From assembly GCF_009914755.1 (NCBI RefSeq), contig NC_060947.1: DNA of 64,000 nucleotides, one strand, 5' to 3'. The notes beneath the pieces are model-generated. The model was not told the DNA's origin and did not search any database. It worked only from the letters and a program-made list of their open reading frames with translations. The stretch's first letter is position 1, and every line of letters starts with the position of its first letter. The position numbers and the translations under genes were made by a program. Positions 51,401 to 64,000 of the stretch are shown piece after piece. The stretch is from the human T2T-CHM13v2.0 reference genome, Homo sapiens.

Positions 51401-53119
51401 GAGTCCCCGGTGCCATAAGATTTTTTTTGAATGAATGAGTCTTTTATTTGTAAATCTGAGTTTTCTACTTGATACAATTTGTAACTCATTGGGTACATTT
51501 AAACAACTAATATGAATCTATTTATAGTCTTTATTTATCTTGTCCAGTGTGAATATTCATGCATTCAGCTACAGAAATGTTAAAGTACTTCATTGAAGGT
51601 GCTGTTCTGGTCTCTATTGATGGGTTATGTAATGAAGGTATCTGTACTGTTTGCCTTTCTAAAATCAGAAGAAAGAGGATGAAGTCAGGTATGCACATAA
51701 CCTTAAGAGTTTCAGATGGAAGCTGGTGTATCTCTCTATATACACCCCACTCCCTGGCATAACATTTAATGTGTAGGCATTTGCATTAATTAAGGTTGGT
51801 TGTGCTAGCCGCTATAACAAAGACTGAAAGACAACCACATCTATTATATGATTCCTAACACTCCTTCAAGGTGGATCATGTGAAATTGAACTGAATTGGA
51901 AGTGCAGGAGTTTCAGTTGACTTTTCTGATGATTTACTTGACAATCACTCAGAACCTTAATCGAAAATATGAGAAGGTGATTTGTGATAGATAGTTTAAA
52001 TTAAGAAGGCAGTCAACCTAGAGAAAGAAGGGACTATACAAATGACCATATGTTTCTCAGATGTTTTATGAGTATGGACAAATATTGATTCAGGAAAACA
52101 ATGATGTCCATACCATCTCCTCCAACACAGAGTGCCTGAAACTAAGAAACAGGCATTGTTAGAAAACAAAACCAATCAAACAATTAAAGAGGAGGGGAGA
52201 AAGTCATCCTATCTAGTACACTCAGAATATCAATTTTCAATTTTGAATTTTTCTTCCCAACTAGAGGCTTGCTAGAATGACTTGACCTCCAAAATTGACA
52301 TATTTTTATCTTTGTAATTAAATGAGACTCGGAATTCTTCCCTATAAATGAATTCTTTAGAATAGCCATTGCATTAATAATCTCTCCATCATATTTTTCC
52401 AGAGATTATTGGTTTTGAATAAAGATTGACTTGCCATCATTAACAGGCTGGAACCAGTGGGCTTTCAGAAATGATGAACTAGAGTGGAACCATGAATGTA
52501 ATGATGTCTGTGTGTAATCAGAATCTAAGAAGTAAATAATAATTGCAGCTGTTACTCTTCCTGGGGGCCAGAAGAGCATTCATTGACACACAAAGCTTTG
52601 CCTCAAACACAGGTTTAGGCGGTTCCTTGGAGGCCAGTTCTCATAATGCCAGAAGGGAAGATACAAAAATGTGACCACAGGGTGTTGGACTTCCTTCTCA
52701 TGCATTCTGTAGAGCATTTATTACCCAAATTCTGGACAATTAAGGATGCATTTTAATTAACTTTCTATCTCTCCAGTGAGTTCTTGGCCCCTCACTCCCC
52801 TTTACACAGCTCAAATGATATATAGGAGCAATAGCCGGCCTGCTTCTGTTCATGTAGGTATAGGAATCAGTTATTTTCCAGGCTTTTTCATAGGCAGGCA
52901 GCTTTGATTGTGTTTCAGGTCAGCAGTTGCAGAAATGTGGTAGCATTATTCCTAGAATTGTATTTCTAATTACAGGATGATGCTATGGACTCATTTAAAA
53001 CAAGTATGTAACAAAAAAGCCAAGTAAAATTAAGTAATGTTAGAAGTCAAAGGTGACCAAACAGCATTCCTATTTCTGTCTACCTTATGCCCAATTTTTA
53101 AACCCAGAATCTTAGCATA

Positions 53120-53350
53120 ATAGTGTTGACAACTGAGAGCCTTTGTTTGTGTTCATTTCTATATCTCCACTTCTTGGAATGGTGTATGGCACATAGTAGG
53201 TGCTCAATAAATGTTTGTTGAATGCATGAAGAAACCCTGTTGGAAACTAAAGAAGGAATCCCCTGAGTTGTCAGCCCTGTGTTTATTCATTCATTCATCA
53301 GACCATTATTAAGCAGTTACTATGTATCTCATAGTATTGAGCGTTGGAGG
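53120..53350. mobile_element. L2 3' end remnants
   Basis: tggcacatagtaggtgctcaataaatgtttgttgaatg and an opposing ttcattcattca...ttattaagca. Confidence 0.7.
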
Positions 53351-53739
53351 TGCAAGGCTGAATATTGCATGCTTAAGCTTCTCAAGCCTAGGGAGATAGG
53401 GTTTGGCACAGGCAGACACATTAATATATACTTACTAACACTTGCTGCTGTAGACACAAACTTCAGTAATCCCACTAACAGAGGAGGGAATGGGAACCTC
53501 TCCCCCAAAGACCCAGACCCTGAGATACTCTTAGGTGGAGTTTTAGTAAAATAAGCAGGGACTGAATAGGTGTCCACCAACTACTCTAGAAGCTGCTCTG
53601 GCATTAAGCTACTCATAGCACACCCCCATTCATTCCAGGAATTCAAATTCAAAAACACAAGCTACAATGACTCAGAAGCAGCAGCAACATTGAGCTGGGT
53701 CACCTCCTGTCATTCCTACCTGTTCTAAGCCTGGTAGGG

Positions 53740-53930
53740 GAAGAGAGTCTGAGATCTGAGAGGACTGATTTCAAATGTTAGCTCTGCAAGTTGCTTTATA
53801 TTTTTTAAACCTTGATTTCTTTATCTGTAAAATAGGGATATAATAGGATTAATAGAGCCAGTTACAGGACTAAGGGAAGTAATGTATTACACCTTATTTA
53901 GGGCTTGGTACATATACACCCATTAACTTA
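53740..53930 (+). mobile_element. MIR
   Basis: tttctttatctgtaaaatagggataataata core. Confidence 0.6.
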
Positions 53931-53940
53931 ATTCAGTTTG

Positions 53941-53945
<5 letters not shown>

Positions 53946-53977
<32 letters not shown>

Positions 53978-54262
53978 TGTGTATTTTTTAAGACAAAGTC
54001 TTGTTCTGTCACTCATGCTGGAGTGTGGTGGCACAATCTTGGTTCACTGTAACCTTCACCTCAGGTGATCCTTCCACCTCAGCCTCCAGAGTAGCTGGGA
54101 TTACAGGCATGCACTACCACACCTGGCTAATTTTTGTATTTTTCGTAGAGATGGTGTTTCACCATGTTAACCAGGCCGATCTTGAACTCCTGGCCTCAAG
54201 TGATTGCCTGCCTTGGCCTCCCAAAGTGCTGGGATTACAGGCATGAGCCACCGCTCCTGGCC
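53946..54262 (-). mobile_element. Old Alu (J-like) with (TG)n tail and an internal deletion
   Basis: ttgaactcctggcctcaagtgat...cccaaagtgctgggattacaggcatgagccacc; GGCAAGT on both flanks. Confidence 0.85.
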
Positions 54263-55726
54263 CAGGCAAGTATATATTGAGATTCTGTTGGGGATCTATT
54301 AGTTCCCTTTCTCATTTGTCACCTGGTTCCTTTCACTTTCCCCTTTAAAAAAATAAATTCATCCACCCAAATATACATCATTAATATAAAATGCACAATT
54401 TTTTTCATTATGCTTTATCTCAGGCTGCAGACAACTGATTGCATGTGGACATTTCAGACACATGAGTTCCTAACATAATGAGCTCAGCTGAGGTTCCAGT
54501 CATGAATCTGCCTCATCTCTCCTTCCTTCTACTTCCACAAAGGCAGGCTGGGCCAGGACTGGCTTTTTCTCCCTCTTCTTCCCCCTGCCTTGATTCCCAA
54601 TGCTGGCTGTATCATAGAATGACATGGTGGGTGCTCTAGAAATACCCTTGGGTCTTACCTTCAGCTATACAATTGATTTGAGCCTGAACATCATTATGTA
54701 TCAAAAGTTCCAGAGGTTGAAAACCCCTGCTCTAAACCAGAGCTCCATGTATGTCTTGGTAGGAAAGAGGACCTCTGCCTGAGGCCAAGGTCTGCCATTC
54801 TGATTCGGGTAAATACTACTGCCAAACCAAAGCCATGGAATTCTGATTCAGCTGGCACTAGGTGCTTGCTCAGTCACTGTCATGGGATACATGAATGGCA
54901 ATTTTCCTGGTTTGGACAGACCAACAGCATGCTTAACAACTTTGAACATGGCCTTTGATCTGTATCACCACATCTAATCTCCATGCAGCCCACATAGTGT
55001 TTGCCAGGCTCTGTTCACCACCAAGCCTGGCCTGGCTCAACTCAAACTAGGAACCATCATCTAAGGAAGTTAGGCCCTCAAATTCTTATATTGTTTGTTG
55101 CCTTGGTGTTGGCTGACCCACTTAAAAATAGGAACAAATTGGAACAGGTTAGATTTTCTGCCTCTGACTTTGTGGTTGTGTTTTCTGTTCATGATCTGTA
55201 ATTGTCTCTTTATATCTGAATGTTTGGTATTGTTTTCTGTCTGCTGACCTTTTTTTTTTTTTTTCATCCTCAGTTGATGTTGACTGTCTGTCTCTGCTGC
55301 CTCTCACTGCCAGGGGTAAACGTTCTGTCCAGCCCAACCTGGCTGCTAGGCCTCTGTGATGGGGCCAAGTAATCCCCCATCCTTGGAGCAGGAACCACAG
55401 CCTGCTGGCCTGGCACTCTGCTTAACTTCTTCCTTGCATTATGTAGATCTTTAACACCCCACATATAACCTTCATCACCATCCCCTGGAATCTAGAATAG
55501 ACCATCAGTGATTTGGAGACAAATTATTTTAGTAGCAAGATCGATGAACTTGTCAAGTTTCATTGATTAGCATTTATTAGACTCATATCTAACTTTAGGG
55601 AATGTTTTAAATGCCTAAATAACACATGAAATATGCCTCATTTTCATATGTATTTATTAGAGTTAAGCCTTAGTAAACCAAATGTCTTTCTATGTTATTA
55701 TTTTTCTTTTATCCACAGTCTGAAGT

Positions 55727-55905
55727 GGGGCTTCTCAAACTATAGAGTGCTTAAGAATCATCTGGAGAGCTGGTAAAACACAGACTGCTGGACCCCACTC
55801 CCACAGGTTCCGATTCAGTAGGTCTGGGATGGGACCGAAGAATCTGGATCTCTAATATGGTTCCACATGATGATGATGATGCTGGTCTACAGGCCATGCT
55901 TTGAA
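55727..55905. mobile_element. MER5A MITE
   Basis: ttctcaaact...agaatcatctggagagctggtaaaacacagactgctgg...gattcagtaggtctggg. Confidence 0.85.
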
Positions 55906-57516
55906 TATAGCCCTGGCCTAAATCACAGACACCCGATGTTGGCTTCACAGTTTATATCTGAAATTCAGCTTGAGCATTATTGAGAATTCCCAGCATGAAG
56001 GACCTATGACAGAAAAAGATAATCATTTACTGCTTCTCTTTGACTATTATTTTTTTCCAGCCTAGACTGACTCCATTTTATTTCCAATGTTTCCTTTAAT
56101 CCCTAAGTACCTGGAGATGCAGAACCATTCTGTAGAATTTTATTGTCCTAGTTTTTACCCCGATGAATCATCTTTCGACAGACATGTGAGCCCTCAGCAA
56201 ATGCATTATGTCATCTTTCTGAGCGCCACAGAGAGAACTGATACGCCTTTGGTCTGATGTGAAATGATGGCTTCAGTGTGCCCACCATGCTGCGACTCTG
56301 ACTTGGGAGGGTTCCCAGAATTGTGACAGAAAACCCTTTGGCTGGTGCCAAGTGGGGAAGGGGTGGGCTTGTGATTCTGTTTCTCAAACCACCCAACTCC
56401 ATGCATGTGTGAGCAGATCTGTCTCCTCCCAGGCTGCCACATTCAAAAGTGGGATATATTTTTAGAGACGAAATCATTAGTCATTAGTCTCTCCCAAGAT
56501 TCTTTTTTTCCCGTTGAGTAAATTTTAAGAACTTGATCTTTATGAGAAAATTTTCAGGCTTTAAAAAAAAAATGGTAATGATTGTAGCCTTGGTACAATG
56601 AACCCATTTGCCTCCCTTCTAGACAAAGGCAGACTTCCCACAGCAGTCACTGCCTGAAGCTCCTGGTCCCTACATCCAATATCCAAATCAGCTTGATCTT
56701 TCACATCTTATTAGAAAAGCTCCTGCCTCTTTTGATTTTCTGGTCCCCTCAAACGTAGGATTTCAAAAACTAATTTTATCATACACTGAACATTTACCCT
56801 TTAAGCTTATTATAAATTCTTATGATGGAAGTTGATTCTTAGCAAAATAGCCCTCTGGCTTAGATATGTACAAAATTTCACATAAGAACAGGAGGATTTG
56901 ATAGATATCATCTTATATTGAAGAAGGGATAACTGAAAATGAGCTTTATTGGATATCTTTAAATTTGGTGTTAAAAGAACTTTTAACATGTTTCCATTGC
57001 TTCAGGCTAAATAAATGTGGTATTAATGGTTTCACCACCAGAAAAGCCACCACATTTGCCAATTTTTGCTCTTAATTAAACTGTATCTGTATATGCATAG
57101 TTGGAAATGTCATCATTTAGAAGCTCATCAAAAATTCATAATCACCTGGTGGCTGATAAGGCCCAGCCACTCCCTAGGAGGGATATAACACATTGCATTA
57201 TAGACTCCAGACTCCCTCCTTCTCCACAGCTGCCACATCTTACTTTTACAATTTAATCTTACTCGATGAGACTGAGACCATCAATTTTCAGAGAGCAGGA
57301 GGTAGATTTTCGTAAAAGGATATAAGGAACTCAAAGAGAAGGAATTCTAAAATGTGACCACCTGAAGTCCAAGTCTGTGGTCCGAAACTAGAGGAAGGGC
57401 CCATCATTGTAAAGCAGCCAACTGTAGCTTGTCTGCTTTGGTGAGATGATGGAGGAGGAGAGTGAGGGTATATGAGTCCAGGTCAGTCTTCTCCTCTTCT
57501 ACTTAAAAGAGTTAAG

Positions 57517-57988
57517 TGTGGCAAATGAAGATGGCCCAAACTCTTTGACTTTTCTCTCACTAAAGGAAGATCTCTATGTCTCCTTACTTGAATCTGAGTG
57601 GGCTTCGTGATTGCTTAAACAATAGAATTCATTGCGATGCTGCTGTGTCAGTTTCTGGGCCCAGACCTCAAGAACAGGAAGCTTCCACAGTCTGTCACTG
57701 GAAACACCCATTCTTGGAACCCAATCTCCATGCTGTGAGGGAGCCAAAGCAGCTCTGTGGAAAGGACCACATTGAGAGTAACTAAGACTAGCTAGTGTCA
57801 GCTTGCCAGCCACATGAATAAGCCATGTTGGAATTGGATCGTTTTTAGCTTCAGCAGAACTGACCCCAGCTGAAGGTGGCCCTGTTCACCTTGGAGATTG
57901 AGCAGAAACGTAGATAGATGATAGACTGTTATTTCAAACTGCTAAGTTTCAAAGTCATTCTTCTTGCAGTAACAGATATCCAGAATAA
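57517..57988 (+). mobile_element. MLT1F/G-like MaLR LTR
   Basis: tgtggc...aagatggcc...cttgaatctgagtgggct...ccatgctgtgagggagcc...gctaagttt...cagaata. Confidence 0.7.
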
Positions 57989-58689
57989 TAGCATCTCTTT
58001 TTTCTACTCTTTCCCATGGCTTCCCTAAGAGCCATTACTGAGACTAGACAAGAGCTCTAAGGCCAGAGCCTTTCAGACAGGGTCCTGCAGGAGCTTCTGA
58101 AACCCAGGATGACCTTGGATGTGTCCTCTCAATCCTTTTCCCTGGCAAATGCTGTCATCTAAAATACTCTCTGTACCTTAGCCTCGCTCCATCATCCACA
58201 CACTGTTGCCTTCCTTCCTCCAGAGCCCAGTGATTAGCTAGGTAACATGTTTGGGGTCAAGAGCAAGAAATGGCCTGAGATTTCCTACCTGCTACTGGTC
58301 ACCATACCAACAGAAAGCTTTTTAATAAAGAGTAAAAGCTTCTCGGTCCTCTATATCCCCACTTAGGTGACATAAGTATGCCCTTACAGGAATAACTGAA
58401 ATCTTTGATATTGTTACATTCTTGGCAGGGATTGGTGACATCAACTAAGAGTAAGGATTGGCCTGTCAGTGGGCACAGGATGGACCCCATGCCCCCATGA
58501 ATGCTAGGAGGGTAAGGACACTCACCATTAAGAGGGGGAAGGAGAGAGACACTGAAGAGGAAACAGGAAATGGGCAGGGCACCAGAAATATACTTAGGTG
58601 GTTTATCACTGACTAATAGAGGCTGCTTGTGAGTCACTGCGTGCTGGGCCAATGCTAAATCATTACTGTGGCTAGTACTACTGCTCCTT

Positions 58690-58890
58690 TTACTTGCTGA
58701 CATAGTGAGGCTTTGTGCCAAGTACTGCTCCAACACCCTGTATGAATTAAGGTAGGTGCTGTTAGTATCCCTGATTTATGCCCAAGGAAACTGAGGCATA
58801 GAGCAGAGAGGATACTTGGCCAGAGTCACGTGGGCATGGCAGTGTATTATCAGAATTCAGAACCAGTATTCAACCCCAGGGGTTCTGGCT
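58690..58890 (-). mobile_element. MIR
   Basis: aaggtagg...aaggaaactgaggcatagag...cttggccagagtcac. Confidence 0.7.
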
Positions 58891-59689
58891 CTATTATTTG
58901 TCATTGGCTTTGGCTGACATCAGGACTTTAGGCACAGAAGCTGAGGGAAGCCCAGTCTGAGTTCACAATACACTTTTTGTCTTTGGCTTATGTCAAGCAC
59001 CAGAGGAATTGGGCTAAGGGGTACTTCATTTTTCTTATTTTAAACACATTGTAATCTCAAATATATGTGCCTTTGCAGGCTGCTCAAAGTCATCCTCAGC
59101 AGAAGGCAGAATATAAATAAACAAATACACAGATAAGTTATGAAGGAAAATGTAAGATCCATGGTAGCTCCATGAAATAAGAATTAAGATGTTGGGGTGT
59201 AGCCCATCATGCAGCTAGCCCAGTGGTTTTAGCTCAGCAGAAATGCTGACCCCTGAATACCAAGAAGGAAGGCCTGGTTGGACTGGATGACTGGTTTGCT
59301 ATGATGAACCAGGACAGTAGGTCACATCTACATTAGGCAAGTGTTCCTGCATTTATGGACATTCTAATATCCCCTGTCATTGTGGCTTGAGAAAATATTA
59401 ATTTTTGCTTTTTTTTAAAAAAATGTAGATGTAGATTATTTTAGCTTGCAAACATTTATTGGGTGCCCACAGAGAGTTAAATGAATATTTCATGATATGT
59501 ATTTTGCCAATAGGATAGCCTCCAGTTCAGAGAACCACCTGCTTATATTGAAATCTTTCGTTTGCTTTAAATTGAATACATAATTTAAGCTGACTGTAAC
59601 ACCTCCTAGAGGCTTAAAAATGAATCGATTTCTTCTCACTGGGCAGAAATAAGTAGACTGTCTGTAACTGTAAAGAATGTGAGCCATTT

Positions 59690-59867
59690 CAGTAGATCTT
59701 GTGTTCTCACCACACACAAAAAGGAAACTAGTAACTATGTGAGGTGATGGATATTTTAATTAGCTTGATTCTGTTGATTATTTCACAATGCATAATATGT
59801 CAAAATGTCAAGTTGTACACCTTAAATATATAATTTTTATTTGTCAGTTATACTTAAAGCTAAAAAG
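59690..59867 (+). mobile_element. L1MA/L1MB 3' terminal fragment
   Basis: gtagatcttgtgttctcaccac...gtaactatgtgaggtgatggata...gttgtacaccttaaatatata. Confidence 0.8.
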
Positions 59868-60649
59868 ATATGACCCATTTTAGAAAAGCGGTTATTTTTT
59901 TAAAATTCCTACTTATATGTCAAAACAATGTAGCTATCCAATACAAATGCAAAGTCCTTACAAATATTGTTTAAAAATTCATGAGTCTAGTGTTTAATAT
60001 ATTTAGAACAAAGCCAGAAAATTTTTACAGAAGATGTAAAACAAATGTCCTGTTATTATTACTATTCTGCTTTTTCCGGTGTTTCATAACAGCTGAGTAA
60101 ACAATCAATACCAAATAGTAAAGAAGTGTCGCTGAGCAGATAATGGACTTGAATTAGATAAACTTGGCCTGGGTAGACTGAATACACCATTGGGGCGTAT
60201 TATTCTCACTTACGGTTTAATCTGATAGCTACCAACTTGAAGTTGATAGCTTTAAAATGTTGGATGAAAAAGAGAAAGCAACTGTCTTTGTAAGGAGGAC
60301 AAACAGAGAAGGGAGAATCAGTGTAACCAGCACAGGAAACGTACATTGCTTGTATCTTCTAAAGTGTTGGAGAAAAGAATTCCCTCTACTTTGGTCGATG
60401 TGGGAGAGCTCTTTTGTAAACCTTTTAAAATCTTAATTAAGTTTCTAAATTTAATGTTTATATTATTTTTTTGAATTTAGAAACAAAATAGTTTTAAATG
60501 ACTGGTTCTCATAAAAATAGTAAGTAAACATGGCTTATCTGGGCCATGATTATTAATTTACTAACTAGATGTATATACATGTTTATTTTGGGTTCCATTG
60601 GCATCTTAGTTCAACTTAAGGGAAAGCAAATAAGCACAGAGAGACCGAA

Positions 60650-60835
60650 TGAGGTATACTGAGTAGAAATCAGAATATCTGGGTTTCTGTCCCAGTTTTT
60701 TACCTCCTGAGTAGTTGTGTGACCATAGGCAAGTCTCTGTGCCTTAATTTCTCACAGTGTAAAAATGTGGATAATGACACCTACTTTCTCTGTGCCAGGA
60801 AGTTACCTTGATGCATAAATGAGAAATTAGATGGG
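60650..60835 (+). mobile_element. MIR
   Basis: tagttgtgtgaccataggcaagtctctgtgcctt...tgtaaaaatg. Confidence 0.6.
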
Positions 60836-61026
60836 ATAAATATGTGCAAATAGAAGATTGATATACACAAGCAGATATTATCATTAAATTCTTGTAAACG
60901 AAAAATTCTCTTAAAATACTTATGATGTTACTGCTCTATTTAGGGTAATATTCTAGGTTTTTATAAAGATTAAAAAAATAAATAATATGTAGTTTCTATA
61001 GTCCATTCCAGAGCTTTTAATAATAC

Positions 61027-61249
61027 AGGGTCAGCAAATGTTTTCTGTGATGAGCCAGTTAGGCAATGTATTAGGCTTTGTGGGCCAGATTGTCTCTGTT
61101 TCTACTACTATACAACTCTGCTCTTGAAGCACAAAAGCAGCCATAGTCAAAATGTAAAATAATGAGCACGTCTGTTTTCAATAAAACTTTATTTACAAAA
61201 ACATGCAAAGGACCAGATTTAGTCCATGTGCTGCAGTTTGCCCATCCTG
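61027..61249 (-). mobile_element. MER58A hAT MITE
   Basis: cagggtcagcaaatgttttctgt...caataaaactttatttacaaaaaca...gtttgcccatcctg. Confidence 0.85.
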
Positions 61250-61913
61250 CCTCTAATCAGATAGATGATGTGCAATTAAAACTATAATATGAGATCAGAA
61301 TACTCAATATTACAAACAAAATAGATGAAGAATGAATGGCATCCAGCTAAGGCAAGAAAGTCTTCTAGGAGATTGTAGATTTGAGATAGCCCTTCAAGGA
61401 TGTGATCATGTTTGGACTTGTAGAGGTGAAGAAAGACATCACCAGAAGAAAAGATAGCCCAAGAAAAAGTACAAAAGTGGAAACATGGAGAAGATATTTG
61501 AGAAAGAGCAAGCAACGCATTTGGCAGATCTATAGGGGTAGAGTTAGAAGCAAGAATGCACTGGAGTGGGTGTAAGACAGGAAAACCATATATAGTCAGT
61601 TAAACATAAGCTATACTATTTCTGACTTCAACCCACCCCCTTAATGAATACTAAGCTGTAGTTGTTAGGAAAGAATTACTTTTATTTTTGGTTGGTTAGA
61701 AAACTCTTACATGTTTCTATGTTGCAGAATCATTTTAGGTATTTCTAAGGATGTTCTGCAACTTGTAATCATCCCCAGGGGTGGTTTGTTTACCTTCATG
61801 CTGCTTCACACATTACTCATCAATCCATGAAGAGTTGCACGTAGGTTGGCCACTCCGAGGATAGAACCATGAGGAGGTGTGTCTGATTCAGAGCAGGAAC
61901 TAACTTTCTAGAG

Positions 61914-62105
61914 CTACACTGTCCAACATGGCCAGCCACTAGCCTCATGTGACTATTTAAATTTAAATTTAAATTTCAGTGATTCAATCATACTAGCCAC
62001 ATTTCAAGTATTCAATAGCCACTTGTGTCTAGTGGCCACAGTACTGAACAATGCAGATAATAGAAGATTTTTCATCATCACAGAAATTTCTATTGGACCA
62101 TGCTG
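61914..62105. mobile_element. MER3 hAT MITE
   Basis: ctgtccaa...agccactagc...ctagccacatttcaagt...catcatcacagaaatttctattggac. Confidence 0.82.
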
Positions 62106-62414
62106 CTCTTAGGAGATGAGAAACCAAGCAACCTTGAAGTACTGGCTTAGACTCCCAGGGCTGGAGGTTTGGATGACAGTTAAGACATTTGGTAACTGTT
62201 AGTTCATTAGCAAATACTTTACTTTCTAAGTATTGGTTTTGTCATCTGTGATATGGAGGAATAATTGTACTTTTTTTTAGGTGGTTATGAAGGCAAAATA
62301 GTGGATTGCTCTTTAGAAGCTGTAAAATGCTACATAAATATAAGACATTGTTGTCATTTCAGTGATACCATCTCTGTGCTTTCAGGCAATTCTCATTATT
62401 TCTTTGCTTGTTTC

Positions 62415-63005
<591 letters not shown>

Positions 63006-64000
63006 TTGGTCCTTGCTCCCTTTTGTTCATTCAATTTGTTTAACATTTTTTCTTAGCTCTTCATTTACTTTTTGCTCTCTTAGCTCGTTATGGTACTAGA
63101 AACCAGCTATGTGACTGGTTATACCTACCATTCCCTAAAGAATCTTCTATCTCTGGAAACCAGGAAGGCCAGACAATAGTAAATGGATGGATTAGGCAAA
63201 TCCATGGCATCTATGTTAAGGCTATTGCTAAAGAATCAATGCAAAATTTGTGTCTTACTGTAGTAGGAAACATGCTGTCTCTTGGGAGAAGAACTATATA
63301 ACATTAGTGTTTATAACTTATTGTTTTGTCAAGAAAAAATGTAGTTTATTGATTTATATAGTAGCCTTCGATGGGGCAGAAAAAGACAGAAGAAGGAGAT
63401 AAGAGACAATGAAGGATGGGAAAGGAAGGGACACTAAGTTGAGAAAACTTCATGAACAAGACACAGAAGTGGAAAGGATGATGGGAAATTCAAGAACTAG
63501 TGAGTGATGAGACTAAACTGACGTATTTGAGTTCAGTTGTTTTGACAGCATAAGTAGGTAGTATGTGAATCCTAGAGGTCTTCCCATAATGTTTCAATCT
63601 CTGGTCAGATCTACCAAACCCAGCTCTGGAATCCCATTGTTTATAGTGGTCTCTGGTTCAGAGGGAGTCATTAAGCAGTGTCTTGGATTCTAAGGAAATG
63701 TCTCTCAGCAGAACAAAAAAATTAACTCTCTACTTCTTTACAATCACAAGCTTAGCATTGTATTACATTGTTTCAGAGGCCTTTCTTTCTCCAGGAAAGG
63801 TAAACAGGTTTTATTGTACCTTCCCTCCATTATATCCCCAACTTTCCATTATGTTCTGTATGTTAATCTGAGGAGTCATCAATCAAGCCCTTTGTATTCA
63901 TGTCAAGAACAGATTTATGACCTCCCAAAGATCTCGCCACTGTGGGGTACATGGTAAGCATCATCTCCAGGGCCCTTGTGCATTATATTCCTCTCTATCC

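Noticed and set aside
52960-53010. Possible 28-nt microexon (ttacag...caa|gtatgt)
   Set aside because: Weak pyrimidine tract and donor, not frame-preserving; such matches are common in AT-rich DNA.
58299-58736. 145-aa minus-strand ORF
   Set aside because: Starts in a MIR at a non-ATG codon; no recognisable homology.

Overview
Primate (most likely human) AT-rich, CpG-poor intronic or intergenic DNA. I find no credible protein-coding gene, tRNA/rRNA gene or CRISPR array; the ORF-track entries are TE-derived or look like chance ORFs. Much of the window is interspersed repeat: Alu (J, S, Y, FLAM), L1 (L1PA, L1MA, L1MB, L1ME-like), L2/MIR, MaLR, ERV1 and ERVL solo LTRs, hAT MITEs (MER3/5/20/58) and a decayed HSMAR2 mariner. 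Subfamily names come from recalled consensus sequences, not a database search. Most notable: (1) an ancient L1MA-type element whose 5'UTR looks precisely spliced (SpIRE-like) and which also lacks ORF1 and the endonuclease domain; (2) a 30-nt 5' fragment of U6 snRNA with its own TSD inside HSMAR2; (3) several perfect inverted repeats, a micro-inversion and a 94-bp tandem duplication suggesting template switching; (4) a FLAM+AluYd composite under one TSD; (5) repeat-free, motif-rich candidate enhancers. I cannot support a claim of a new multi-gene system.
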